37,501 nucleotides of DNA from Acidobacteriota bacterium (GCA_017860085.1 JAFNAJ010000001.1:1-37501), one strand, 5' to 3'. Shown: positions 18,808-28,359, numbered from the stretch's first letter. Numbers and translations are program-made. The notes: generated by a model from the sequence alone, not told the origin.

Positions 18808-20229
18808 ATGCGCCGCCTGCTGCTCGTCCTGCCCGTCGCCGCCGTGGCCGCCCTGCTCGCGTTCGCCTACGCCTCGTTCACCGCCGAGCGCCGGTACTAC
18901 GACCTGGTCCGCCAGGGAGAGGACGCGCTCGCGCGCTCGAAGTCCTCGGAGGCCGTCGAGGCCTTCAGCGGGGCGATCGCGATCCGCTCCGACCGCATGC
19001 TGGCGTGGTTCAAGCGGGGCGAGACCTACCGGGCGCGAGGTGAACTGGATGCGGCGCTGCGCGACCTGCGACAGGCGGTCGAAATCGACCCCTCGGTCCT
19101 CCCCGCGCTCGAGATGCTGGGCGACGTGCAGTACGACATGGGGAGGTACGACCGGGCGGCCGAGCGGTACGAGGCCTTTCTGGGAGTCGACGACCGGTCG
19201 GACACCGTGCTCTACAAGCTGGCGCTTGCCAGGTTCGCCGAAGGCCAGCTCGAGGCCGCCACGAAGGCCCTGCAGCGCGCGGTCGTCTTGCGCCCGCGGT
19301 TTGCCGAGGCGTACTGCTTCCTGGGTATCTGCCTGCGGGCCGCAGACAATCGCGCGGACGCGCTGGCGGCCCTGAACCGGGCCGCCGAGCTCGCCCCGGC
19401 TCTGCTGGCTGCCCGGGAGGAGCTGGCGTCGCTCGAGGCCGAGCTGGGACGACCCCAGGCGGAGCAACGCCACCTCGAAGCCCTCGTCGCCCTGGACCCC
19501 GACCGTCCCGACCGGTACACCGCGCTGGCGCTGGCGTACGCGCGCGCCGGGCGCACCGACGTCGCCGTCACGACGCTGGCCCGTGCGACCGAGCGCATGC
19601 CGGACCGACCGGAACTGCTCACCGCGCTGGCCAGGGTCTGGCTGATGGTGGGCGAGCGGGGCCCCGACCGGGTCGCCCTCGACAAAGCCATCGAGGCCTC
19701 GGCGCGCGTCGTCGACCAGAGTCCCACCAGTGAGACCATGGCGCTGCTGGGCCGGTCGCTGCTGTTGGCTGGCAAGACGGGCCAGGCCCTGCCCTGGCTG
19801 CAGCGCGCCGCCACTCGGCACCCGGTCGACCCGCTGGCATTGCCGAGCCTGGCCGATGCGGCCGAGCGGTTGGGGCGAGTTGCCGAGGCGCGTGACGCCC
19901 TCGTCAAACACGCCACGCTCGATGGCGACCGCGCCCCGGGTGCCCTGACCGCTCAGCGAGCGGTGCGCATCGCCCGACTGTGCGACCGGCTCGACGACGC
20001 GACTGGCGCAGCGCATTGGCTCGAGCGTGCGATCGCGGCATCGCCCGGCGAGCCAGAGTACCCCGCCCAGCTGGCCCGCGTTCAGTGGGGCGCCGGCTTG
20101 ACCGAGGAGGCGCTTGTCACGATCGGGCGCGCTCGGCAGCGTTTTCCAGCCGACCAGACGCTGCTCGACCTCGAGCGCCGGTTCCAAGCCTCCCCGCGCC
20201 CCAGACGTCGCGCAGCTCGCGCAACTTAG
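18808..20229 (+). CDS. Tetratricopeptide repeat protein with N-terminal signal/TM anchor
   Basis: MRRLLLVLPVAAVAALLAFAY then many TPR-like units (AWFKRGETYRARGELDAALRDLRQAVEIDP, AYCFLGICL...). TAGAAT at 18749-18754 may be its -10. Confidence 0.85.
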   Translation: MRRLLLVLPVAAVAALLAFAYASFTAERRYYDLVRQGEDALARSKSSEAVEAFSGAIAIRSDRMLAWFKRGETYRARGELDAALRDLRQAVEIDPSVLPALEMLGDVQYDMGRYDRAAERYEAFLGVDDRSDTVLYKLALARFAEGQLEAATKALQRAVVLRPRFAEAYCFLGICLRAADNRADALAALNRAAELAPALLAAREELASLEAELGRPQAEQRHLEALVALDPDRPDRYTALALAYARAGRTDVAVTTLARATERMPDRPELLTALARVWLMVGERGPDRVALDKAIEASARVVDQSPTSETMALLGRSLLLAGKTGQALPWLQRAATRHPVDPLALPSLADAAERLGRVAEARDALVKHATLDGDRAPGALTAQRAVRIARLCDRLDDATGAAHWLERAIAASPGEPEYPAQLARVQWGAGLTEEALVTIGRARQRFPADQTLLDLERRFQASPRPRRRAARAT

Positions 20230-20239
20230 GCACAGGCTT

Positions 20240-23200
20240 TCAGCCTTCGGCCGTCGGCTCCTTGCTGTCGGCGCTCAGCCCTCGCTCGGGCAGGCCCAGG
20301 CGCGAGATCAGCTTCGAGAGCCCCTGCCGGCTGATGCCCAGTTCCCTGGCGGTGGACCCGCGGTGTCCCTGGTTGCGCAGCAGCGCATCGCGCACGAAGC
20401 CTGCCTCAAATGATCGTCGCGCGGCATCGAGACGGGCCGGCCCGCCCGCGCGCGGCGCTCCGAGCGTCCGGAGTGACGCCGGGAGCATGCCGGCGGCGAC
20501 GCGGCCTCGGCGCGGGGCCGAGACCGCGAGCAAGGCCATCACGTTCTGCAGTTCTCGCACGTTGCCCGGCCAGTGGTACCGCTCGAGGGCGCTCAGTGTG
20601 TCAGGGTCGAGCGTCGCCTTGCTGCCCGCCCGTGCCGCAGCGTCCCGCCAGAAATGCGCGGCCAGGAGGGCGATGTCTTCGCGTCGTTCCCGAAGCGGGG
20701 GAAGGGCAAGGCGTACCACGTCGAGCCGATAGCGCAGGTCATCGCGGAACCGCCCCAGCCCGACTTCGCGCGACAGCGAGCGGTTCGTGGCCGCCACGAT
20801 GCGGACGTCGACGCGTCGTGCCACGTTCTCGCCGACGCGGCGCACCTCGCCTTCCTGCAGCACCCGGAGCAACTTGGCCTGCGCACGAGGTGACAGCTCG
20901 GTCACCTCGTCCAGGAAGAGCGTGCCGCCATCGGCCTCCTCGAACACGCCGGCCCGCTCGCTGATTGCGCCCGTGAATGCGCCGCGCGTGTGGCCAAAGA
21001 GCTCCGCCTCGAGCAGATCGTCGGTGATGGCTGCGCAGTTGATCGCGCAGAACCGCCGGTGCCGCCTCGAGCCGGCTCGATGGAGTGCCCGAGCCACCAG
21101 TTCCTTCCCGCTCCCGCTTTCCCCCTCGATGAGCACTGGAAACGGCACCTGCGCCGCCTGCCGCACGCGCTGTCGCAGGTCTTCGATCACCCCGCTTCCA
21201 CCGACGATGTCGAGGTCGTCTGCCTGGGCGGCCGACGGCAGGGCACGTCGGTCGAGCACGCTGCGCACCGCTGGCGCCGCCGCTGCTGCAGCGGTGGTCA
21301 GCACCGCGAGCACGCGGCTGGGATCTGGCCGGTCGTCGAGGCACCAGCGTGCGCAGAGCGCCGCAATGGGAAGACCTCCATAGCGAACGGCCGTGGCCGT
21401 CTCCACGCCAGCGTCCACCTCGAATGGCGGGATCGACGACCCCGTGCTGACGGCGCGCTCTGCCAGCGAGAAGGCCACGCGGTTTGTCGCGCTGGCGCGG
21501 GCCAGGGGCGTTCCATCCTCCGCATCGAAGCCCACCGCAACGGCACCCAGGCGCGACCGCAGCAGCGCGCAGATTCTCCCAAGCGCGTCCCGCTCGTCAT
21601 CCGCGGCCTGGCAGATCTGCAGGACGTCGACCACCTCGTCCACCACCTCGAACCTCCTCCCTGCCCGCCACGCGACCGACGACGGCGCGCCCATGTCGTG
21701 GGTCAGCCGCGCCCGTCCGATTTGCCGGCGCGGCGCCGCGCCAGCTTCGGCCAGCGCTTGGTCGACCTGGACGCGGACCAGCGGCGGCAGTCGCGTGCGG
21801 TGTCGCATCAACCATCGGGCTGCCGCCCGTGCCTCGCGGGCCGGGCCACGCTGCAGCCGTGCGCCCACGAGTGCAGCCCTGATCGTCGCCGCGGCCACCA
21901 GGCTGTGCGCGCGGTCGGCGGCATCCGTTCCCTCTCGGGCTGCGCGGACCATGCCTTCGACGTCGGCCAGTGCCGCGTGCACGCGCAACCTGGCAGTCAA
22001 GAGCCAGGCTCTGGCAAGTGGATCGCCCCAGGGACGCGCGTGCCAGGCGTCGCGCACAGCCTCGTGCGCGCTGCGAATATCGCCACGGGTCAGTGCCACA
22101 CGCACCCGCAGAGCCCACCACTGCGCCGCGACGAGATCGTCCGTGCCGGGTGCCATGTCGACGAGGTCGAGCACCTCAACCGCACGGTGGATCTCACCCT
22201 GCCACGCACAGCATCGCGCCAGCATCACCCCGCAACCCGGGTGCCCGCGCCCATGCGCTGCCACAGAGGCGGCCCATGCACCCTCCAGCACGTCGCGCGC
22301 CGCCGCAAACTGCCCAAGGTCGGTGCGGAGGCACCCAGTTGCTGCCGCCACCTCGAAGGCGATGTCTGGCGTCCGTGCGGACGACAGGGCGAGGGTGACG
22401 TGCGCCACGGCCGACAACGCGTCGCGCGACCGCCCCTGTTGCCGCAGCCGACCGGCGAGCGCCAACGCCGCGTCGATGCTCGCCTCGGCAGCGTCACGAT
22501 CGTGAGCCAGGTACGCACGTCGTCTGAGCGCACGCTCGCAGGCGGCGAAGCGCCGGCGCGCAAGCAGTTGGGCGACCGGCGTCCGGCAGTCGCCAGCAGC
22601 CCACGCGACGGGGCTCACGGCAGGCGCGTCCCGAAGACTCGGAGACTCTGCGAGCGGCGCTGCGCCGGCACCGGCGGCCGACACGCGCACGATCGCCGCG
22701 GCGCGTGCGGGCGAACAGGCAACGAGCACGGCGCCACCCGCCAGCCCGCCCGTTCCCTCGTCTGCGGGACCGCCATCAGTGGCCAGCACCACGACTGATC
22801 GTCCTCGCCACTCGCGCAAGACGGTCCAGTGCGATGCGACGACATTCGCGTTGAGCACCGCGAGTCCTCGTTCGCGCGCCTCGAGCGCCACGCGCTCCAC
22901 GAATCCAATCGCGGCATCGGCTGGTACACTCAGGTGCACGGCACGAGCCCGCGCCGGTTCGACGGCGTCGAGCACTTCGGTCAGCCGGCGAAGCGCGTCG
23001 GCACCCGCCGCCGTACCGCACCAGGCGTCTCCACGCTCACCGACTTGCCTCGCGCGTCGCACGGTAAACGGCCGTCCATCAGGGTGTCTGCCCTCGGTGA
23101 CCACGACCGCCGCCTCGCCGCGCAGCCAACCGTCGTCTCGCTCGCGTGACAGGCTGACCGGGGTCGACTCGCCGATGGGTCCGTGGCTCCACGAGACGTC

Positions 23201-23305
23201 GACCGGCAGACCGGTGGCCAGGTCGCGCCAACGTCCGCCGACCTGGCGCGCGAATCGATCGTCCAGGTGTTCGAGCGCACCACGACGCAGGGCCGTCCGG
23301 GCCAT
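20240..23305 (-). CDS. Large sigma54-dependent enhancer-binding protein
   Basis: C-terminal AAA+: GESGSGKE, ELFGHTRGAFTGA, GTLFLDEV, FRDDLRYRL, WPGNVREL, Fis-type HTH (TARELGISRQGL). About 700-aa N-terminal region with helical repeats and a GAF-like segment. Confidence 0.9.
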   Translation of the reverse strand: MARTALRRGALEHLDDRFARQVGGRWRDLATGLPVDVSWSHGPIGESTPVSLSRERDDGWLRGEAAVVVTEGRHPDGRPFTVRRARQVGERGDAWCGTAAGADALRRLTEVLDAVEPARARAVHLSVPADAAIGFVERVALEARERGLAVLNANVVASHWTVLREWRGRSVVVLATDGGPADEGTGGLAGGAVLVACSPARAAAIVRVSAAGAGAAPLAESPSLRDAPAVSPVAWAAGDCRTPVAQLLARRRFAACERALRRRAYLAHDRDAAEASIDAALALAGRLRQQGRSRDALSAVAHVTLALSSARTPDIAFEVAAATGCLRTDLGQFAAARDVLEGAWAASVAAHGRGHPGCGVMLARCCAWQGEIHRAVEVLDLVDMAPGTDDLVAAQWWALRVRVALTRGDIRSAHEAVRDAWHARPWGDPLARAWLLTARLRVHAALADVEGMVRAAREGTDAADRAHSLVAAATIRAALVGARLQRGPAREARAAARWLMRHRTRLPPLVRVQVDQALAEAGAAPRRQIGRARLTHDMGAPSSVAWRAGRRFEVVDEVVDVLQICQAADDERDALGRICALLRSRLGAVAVGFDAEDGTPLARASATNRVAFSLAERAVSTGSSIPPFEVDAGVETATAVRYGGLPIAALCARWCLDDRPDPSRVLAVLTTAAAAAAPAVRSVLDRRALPSAAQADDLDIVGGSGVIEDLRQRVRQAAQVPFPVLIEGESGSGKELVARALHRAGSRRHRRFCAINCAAITDDLLEAELFGHTRGAFTGAISERAGVFEEADGGTLFLDEVTELSPRAQAKLLRVLQEGEVRRVGENVARRVDVRIVAATNRSLSREVGLGRFRDDLRYRLDVVRLALPPLRERREDIALLAAHFWRDAAARAGSKATLDPDTLSALERYHWPGNVRELQNVMALLAVSAPRRGRVAAGMLPASLRTLGAPRAGGPARLDAARRSFEAGFVRDALLRNQGHRGSTARELGISRQGLSKLISRLGLPERGLSADSKEPTAEG

Positions 23306-23316
23306 GCGTCACGTCG

Positions 23317-23332
23317 AGCAAGAAACGCGCCC
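23317..23332 (-). promoter_or_regulatory. Candidate sigma54 -24/-12 promoter
   Basis: GGGCGCG-TTTC-TTGCT versus consensus TGGCACG-N4-TTGCW; GG-N10-GC spacing exact; predicted +1 within about 1 nt of ATG 23305. Confidence 0.6.
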
Positions 23333-23437
23333 GCCCGATCGCAGCAGGATCACGCGCGGAGACGGCGCCGACAGGCCCGCGTCACCGCGAGCCGCAGCCC
23401 AGGGGAACGCAGAAACTTCGTGTACAATCCGGCCTCG

Positions 23438-24667
23438 ATGCTGCGTTTTCTGACTGCCGGCGAGTCGCATGGACAGGCGCTGGTGGTCATCGTCGAGGGT
23501 CTTCCTGCAGGGCTGACGATCGACATCACGCTCGTCAATCGCGAGCTTCGACGCCGACAGCTCGGCTACGGCCGCGGACAACGAATGGCCATCGAAGCCG
23601 ACGAGGCCACGGTCCTCTCGGGGATTCGCGCCGGTCAGACCATCGGCAGCCCCATCAGCCTGCTGATCGGGAATCGCGACTGGAAGAACTGGCAGAAGAC
23701 GATGCACGTCGAGCCGGAGGCGCCGAGCGACGCCACGGGTGCCCTGCGGCCACCGGTCACGCGGCCCCGCCCCGGTCATGCCGATCTCGCGGGCGGGCTC
23801 AAGTTCGACCGAACCGATCTGCGCGACGTGCTCGAGCGAGCCAGCGCGCGTGAAACCGCTGCGCGGGTCGCCGCGGGTGCGCTCGCCCGCCAGTTGCTCG
23901 GCGCCGTCGGCATCGAGGTGGTCAGTCACGTGGTCGCTGTGGGCGAGGTCGGTTCGGATCAGGCGTGCACGGTTGCGTTCGAGGACGCGAGGCGGATCGC
24001 AGACGACCGGCCGCTCCGTGCCGCGGACCCCGCGCTCGAACAGCGTATGGTCGAGGCGATCGACCGCGCGAGGGCCGCTGGCGACACGCTGGGCGGGGCG
24101 TTCGAGGTGATCGCCCACGGCGTTCCCCCCGGGCTCGGAAGCTACACGCAGTGGGATCGGAGGCTCGACGGCCTGCTCGCGCAGGCGCTGATGTCGATCC
24201 CGGCCATCAAGGCGGTCGCCATCGGGCTCGGCACCGCCGTGGCGGCTCGCCCGGGCTCGCAGGTTCACGACGAGTTCGTCCTGCGGCCGGAGGGCGACGG
24301 TCGCCCCCGAGTGGCGCGGATGACCAACCGCGCGGGGGGTCTCGAGGGCGGCGTCACGAACGGCGAAGACGTCCGGGTGACGGCCTACATGAAACCGATC
24401 TCGACGCTGATGCAGCCCCTCAGGTCCATCGATCTCGCGACCCTCGAGTGTGCCCCTGCCACTGTCGAACGCAGCGACGTGTGCGCCGTGCCGGCCGCGG
24501 CAGTGGTCGGTGAGGCCATGACCTGCCTGGTGCTCGCACGCGCACTCGGCGAGCGCTTTGCGGGCGACACCCTGGACGCCCTCGAGGCCAGCATGGCCGC
24601 AGCCCGTCGCCGTGTCGACGAACGCCTCGGCCGGGCGCCAGACGATGCCGGCGCCGACGAGTCATGA
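23438..24667 (+). CDS. aroC: Chorismate synthase
   Basis: MLRFLTAGESHG, RRQLGYGRG, PRPGHADL, ERASARETA, TNRAGGLEGG, MKPISTL, ERSDVCAVP; TACAAT at 23423-23428. Confidence 0.96.
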   Translation: MLRFLTAGESHGQALVVIVEGLPAGLTIDITLVNRELRRRQLGYGRGQRMAIEADEATVLSGIRAGQTIGSPISLLIGNRDWKNWQKTMHVEPEAPSDATGALRPPVTRPRPGHADLAGGLKFDRTDLRDVLERASARETAARVAAGALARQLLGAVGIEVVSHVVAVGEVGSDQACTVAFEDARRIADDRPLRAADPALEQRMVEAIDRARAAGDTLGGAFEVIAHGVPPGLGSYTQWDRRLDGLLAQALMSIPAIKAVAIGLGTAVAARPGSQVHDEFVLRPEGDGRPRVARMTNRAGGLEGGVTNGEDVRVTAYMKPISTLMQPLRSIDLATLECAPATVERSDVCAVPAAAVVGEAMTCLVLARALGERFAGDTLDALEASMAAARRRVDERLGRAPDDAGADES

Positions 24668-25173
24668 TCCGCCCAATCCTGCGGTTCGGCGACCACGACT
24701 TGCAGACACCGGCGCGGCCCGTCGCAGCCATCACCGGCGAAATCCAGCACTTGATCGACGACATGATCGAGACCATGTACGCCGCCCCAGGGGTAGGCCT
24801 GGCGGCGCCGCAGGTCGGCGTGCCGCTGCGACTCTTCGTGGTCGACACGTCGGTCGGCAGCAACCCGCGCGACTTGCTGGTGCTCGTCAACCCCGAGTTC
24901 GTCGAGCGGGAAGGGATGCAGATCGAGGACGAAGGGTGCCTCAGCGTGCCCGGATTCTCGGCCAACGTGGCACGTCCGGCGCGGGTGGTGATTCGCGGGC
25001 TCGACCGCACCGGCGACGTGGTTTCCTGCGAGGGAGCCGGCCTGCTGGCCCGGGCCTTTCAGCACGAGATGGACCACCTCGATGGTCGTCTCTTCCTCGA
25101 TCGCCTGCGAGGCCTGAAGCGGCACCTCATCGTTCGAAAAATCCAGAAACTCAAGCGCACGGGGAAGTGGTAG
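24664..25173 (+). CDS. def: Peptide deformylase
   Basis: GVGLAAPQVG, EGCLSVP, QHEMDHLDG. Confidence 0.97.
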   Translation: MIRPILRFGDHDLQTPARPVAAITGEIQHLIDDMIETMYAAPGVGLAAPQVGVPLRLFVVDTSVGSNPRDLLVLVNPEFVEREGMQIEDEGCLSVPGFSANVARPARVVIRGLDRTGDVVSCEGAGLLARAFQHEMDHLDGRLFLDRLRGLKRHLIVRKIQKLKRTGKW

Positions 25174-26124
25174 ATGCTTCGCCTGCTCTTTCTCGGTACC
25201 CCCGACTTCGCCGTCCCGTCGCTGGCGCGCCTGCTGCAGTCGGAGCACCGGGTCGTCGGCGTCGTGTCGCAACCTGATCGCCCGCGCGGCCGGGGCCAAC
25301 ACGTCCAGCCCCCCCCCGTGAAGGTGCTTGCGCAGGCCCACGACCTGCCGGTCTGGCAGCCCGTGCGGTTGAAGGACCCCGACCTCATCGACGCACTGAG
25401 AGCGGTGAAACCCGACGCCGCCGTGGTGGCAGCCTACGGCCGGATCATCCCGGACGTCCTGCTCGACCTGCCGCGTCTCGGGATGATCAACGTGCACGCC
25501 TCGCTGCTGCCTCGGTGGCGCGGGGCTTCGCCCATCCAGCGTGCCGTGATGGCGGGCGACCGCGAGACAGGCATCACCATCATGCGCGTGGTTTCCGAGC
25601 TCGACGCCGGTCCCATGCTGGCGAAAGCCACGCGCCCCATCGGACCCGATGAGACCGCGGCCGACGTCGAACGCGACCTCGCGGAGATCGGCGCGGCGCT
25701 GCTGCCGCCCGTGCTCGGTGCGCTCGAATCAGGCACCGCGCGCGAGGAGCCGCAGGATGCGGCGCTCGTCACGTTCGCGCCGCGGCTCGAGAAGGGCGAC
25801 GGAGCCGTCGACTGGACCCTCACCGCGCCCGAGCTCCACAACCGCGTGCGAGGGCTGCACCCGTGGCCGCTGGCCTTCTCGTGGCTCGGTGCGGCGCGGA
25901 TCACGATTCTGCGCACGCGATCAGAGGCGGCGCGTCACACGGTGACGGAGGGCACCATCGTCGAGGCACGCGGCGACCGGATCGTCGTGGCCGCGGGGGC
26001 TGGGACGTCGCTGGCCTTGCTCGAGGTTCGCCCGGAGGGACGCCGAGCGATGACGGCTCGCGAGTTCCTGTCGGGCCACCGCGTCGAGCCGGGGACGCGT
26101 TTTCTCGTTCACCCTCCCGCATGA
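25174..26124 (+). CDS. fmt: Methionyl-tRNA formyltransferase
   Basis: FLGTPDFA, QPDRPRGRG, INVHASLLPRWRGASPIQ, LDAGP; follows def. Confidence 0.96.
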   Translation: MLRLLFLGTPDFAVPSLARLLQSEHRVVGVVSQPDRPRGRGQHVQPPPVKVLAQAHDLPVWQPVRLKDPDLIDALRAVKPDAAVVAAYGRIIPDVLLDLPRLGMINVHASLLPRWRGASPIQRAVMAGDRETGITIMRVVSELDAGPMLAKATRPIGPDETAADVERDLAEIGAALLPPVLGALESGTAREEPQDAALVTFAPRLEKGDGAVDWTLTAPELHNRVRGLHPWPLAFSWLGAARITILRTRSEAARHTVTEGTIVEARGDRIVVAAGAGTSLALLEVRPEGRRAMTAREFLSGHRVEPGTRFLVHPPA

Positions 26125-27509
26125 CTGCGCCTGCCCGCGTCGCGGCGCACCGCGCGCTGCGCTCGGTGAACGGCCGGCGCGCCGATCTCGCCACGGCCCT
26201 CGCTCGTACACGAACAGACCTCGAGGACGACCGCGACCAGTCGCTGGCGGCCGAGATCGTCACGGGGACCCTGCGCTGGCAGGCCTTTCTCGACTGGGTG
26301 ATCGATCGTCGCCTCGACCGTTCCCCGGGCAAGCTCGACGCGACACTTCGCGACATCCTGCGCGCCGCGGTGTACCAGTTGTGGCGCCTCGAGCGGGTGC
26401 CCGCACACGCCGTGGTCTCCGATGCGGTGACACTCGTTCGGGAGGCTGGGCTGCCAAAGGCTGCCGGCCTCGTCAACGCCGTGCTCCGCAGGATTGCACC
26501 CGAACGCCACGACCTGTCGGGCCCTGGCCACCCTGGCGTCCGCCCGTCAGGACAGGTCGCTGGCGATCTGGCGGCGTGGCGCGAGCGTGCGCTCGACTAC
26601 CTGGCCATCACGTGGTCGCACCCTCGCTGGCTCGTCGCACGCTGGCTCGACCGCTTCGGACTTGACGTGACCGAGGCATGGGTCCGCTTCAACAACGCGC
26701 CGGCTCCGCTCACGCTTCGCGCCAACGGCATCCGCCTCACTCGCGAATCCCTCGCGCGCCGCCTGGCCGCCGTCGGAGTCTCGGTCGAGCCGACCACGTA
26801 CGCCCCCGACGGCCTGATCGTCACGGAAGGGAACCCGCTTCGAACGTCGCTCGCTGGCGAGGGCCTGTTTCTCGTCCAGGACGAAGCGTCGCAATTGGTG
26901 CCTCTCGCCGTGGTTCCGGCCGGCGTCTCCCGCGTGCTCGATGCGTGCGCGGCGCCCGGCGGCAAGACCACCGCGTTGGCAGCAAGCCTCGCTCCCGGGG
27001 CGCTCGTCGTGGCCGCCGACGTGAGGCCGAGGCGCGTGGCGCTGCTCCACCGCACGGTGGCAGCCTGCGGCGCACGCAACGTGCGAATCGTCGCCGCCGA
27101 TCTCGCGCGCGGGCTGCCCTTCGGCGCCGTCTTCGACGCGGTCGTCGTTGATGCACCCTGCTCGGGCTTCGGCACCGTCAGGCGTGATCCCGATATCAAG
27201 TGGCACCGCCACGAGGCAGACCTCGCCGCGTTGGCGGCCACCCAGCTCACGCTGCTGCAGCAGGCAGCAACCGCTGTCCGTCCGGGTGGATGGCTCCTCT
27301 ATGCGACCTGTTCGAGCGAGCCCGACGAGAACCGGCAGGTGGTTGCGCGATTCCTGGCGGCCTGCCCCACGTTCGCCACCTTGCGGCTGCCGCTGGCGGG
27401 CTCGGCACTGCCCCGCGCCGTGATCAGCGCCGACGGCGCCCTCGAGACGTCGCCCCACGAGCACGGCCTCGAGGCGTTCTTCGCAGCGATGCTGGTGCGA
27501 CGGCGATGA
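26121..27509 (+). CDS. rsmB: 16S rRNA m5C967 methyltransferase
   Basis: NusB-like N-terminus, VQDEASQ, LDACAAPGGKT, DAPCSG, YATCS; ATGA overlap with fmt. Confidence 0.93.
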   Translation: MTAPARVAAHRALRSVNGRRADLATALARTRTDLEDDRDQSLAAEIVTGTLRWQAFLDWVIDRRLDRSPGKLDATLRDILRAAVYQLWRLERVPAHAVVSDAVTLVREAGLPKAAGLVNAVLRRIAPERHDLSGPGHPGVRPSGQVAGDLAAWRERALDYLAITWSHPRWLVARWLDRFGLDVTEAWVRFNNAPAPLTLRANGIRLTRESLARRLAAVGVSVEPTTYAPDGLIVTEGNPLRTSLAGEGLFLVQDEASQLVPLAVVPAGVSRVLDACAAPGGKTTALAASLAPGALVVAADVRPRRVALLHRTVAACGARNVRIVAADLARGLPFGAVFDAVVVDAPCSGFGTVRRDPDIKWHRHEADLAALAATQLTLLQQAATAVRPGGWLLYATCSSEPDENRQVVARFLAACPTFATLRLPLAGSALPRAVISADGALETSPHEHGLEAFFAAMLVRRR

Positions 27510-27562
27510 GGACCGCGGTCGGATGGGAATCGGGACGGACGCCGGTGACAGCTATACTATCC

Positions 27563-27630
27563 GGCGGACCTGAAGGTCCGCCCTACGGGTCGGTCGAAGG
27601 TCCGCCCTGCGGGTCGGTCGAAGGTCCGCC
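27563..27630. repeat. GTAG-type REP-like palindrome extended into about 2.5 tandem 24-bp units
   Basis: GGCGGACCT-GA-AGGTCCGCC-CTAC (27563-27586; minus strand GTAGGGCGGACCTTCAGGTCCGCC); unit GAAGGTCCGCCCT[A/G]CGGGTCGGTC at 27572 and 27596, partial at 27620. Confidence 0.85.
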
Positions 27631-27636
27631 ACGTAA

Positions 27637-28359
27637 ATGGCTCTCGGACGCGGTGTGTTCAGCCTGGGACGTGTCCTCCTTGTCGCGGGAGGGCTCTGCG
27701 CCACGTTCCTGCTGTTCTTCGTCATGTCGTTGCGCGTGGCCATCCGAAGCCGCGAGGTGCCTGTGCCCGCGCTGACGGGGCGCTCTGTCAACGAGGCCAG
27801 TGCCCTGCTCGACGACCTCGGTCTGTCGCTCAGGATCGAAGCGCCGGCGCGCGCCGACGCGCGGATGCCTGCCGGCCGGGTCCTCGTCCAGGACCCGTCG
27901 CCGGGCGTGGTCACCCGACGCCCTCGCAGCGTGAAGGTGTGGCTGAGTGCAGGTCCCGCCGTCACGGTCGTCCCCGCTCTCGTGGGCGAGGCCGAACGTA
28001 CGGCGCAGTTGCGCTTGCAGGGCTCGGGACTGACGGTGACCGACGTCGCCGAGGTGCGGTCGAGCAGCCACCCCCCTGGGACCGTGATCGCCCAGTTCCC
28101 TCCGCCCGACACCCGGTCGGGCGAGGTGGCGATCCTCGTCAACCGCGAGGAGCCGTCGGGTGGGTACGTGATGCCGGACCTGATCGGGGTCGACGGTGAG
28201 CGGGCCGCCAACCTGCTCAGGAGTCGGGGCTTCCGCGTTACCGTCGTGGGCAGCCAGCCCTATCCGGGCATCCCGCCCGGCACGGTGATCCGCCAGGCGC
28301 CCACGGGGGGGTTCGAGGTCGGACCGTCCGACGGCATTTCTCTCGAGGTGAGCCGGTGA
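27637..28359 (+). CDS. Membrane-anchored protein with three PASTA domains, no kinase domain
   Basis: N-terminal TM, then VPVPALTG / VVPALVG / VMPDLIG starts with GRVLVQDP / GTVIAQFP / GTVIRQAP motifs. Confidence 0.88.
   Translation: MALGRGVFSLGRVLLVAGGLCATFLLFFVMSLRVAIRSREVPVPALTGRSVNEASALLDDLGLSLRIEAPARADARMPAGRVLVQDPSPGVVTRRPRSVKVWLSAGPAVTVVPALVGEAERTAQLRLQGSGLTVTDVAEVRSSSHPPGTVIAQFPPPDTRSGEVAILVNREEPSGGYVMPDLIGVDGERAANLLRSRGFRVTVVGSQPYPGIPPGTVIRQAPTGGFEVGPSDGISLEVSR

Noticed and set aside
14209-22798. Large opposite-strand ORFs 14209-15876, 18799-20187, 20990-22798
   Set aside because: Shadow ORFs of the S55/propeller, TPR and sigma54 genes with no family signatures.
27572-27630. 24-bp repeats as a possible mini-CRISPR
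   Set aside because: Units are directly tandem with no unique spacers, and no cas genes are present.
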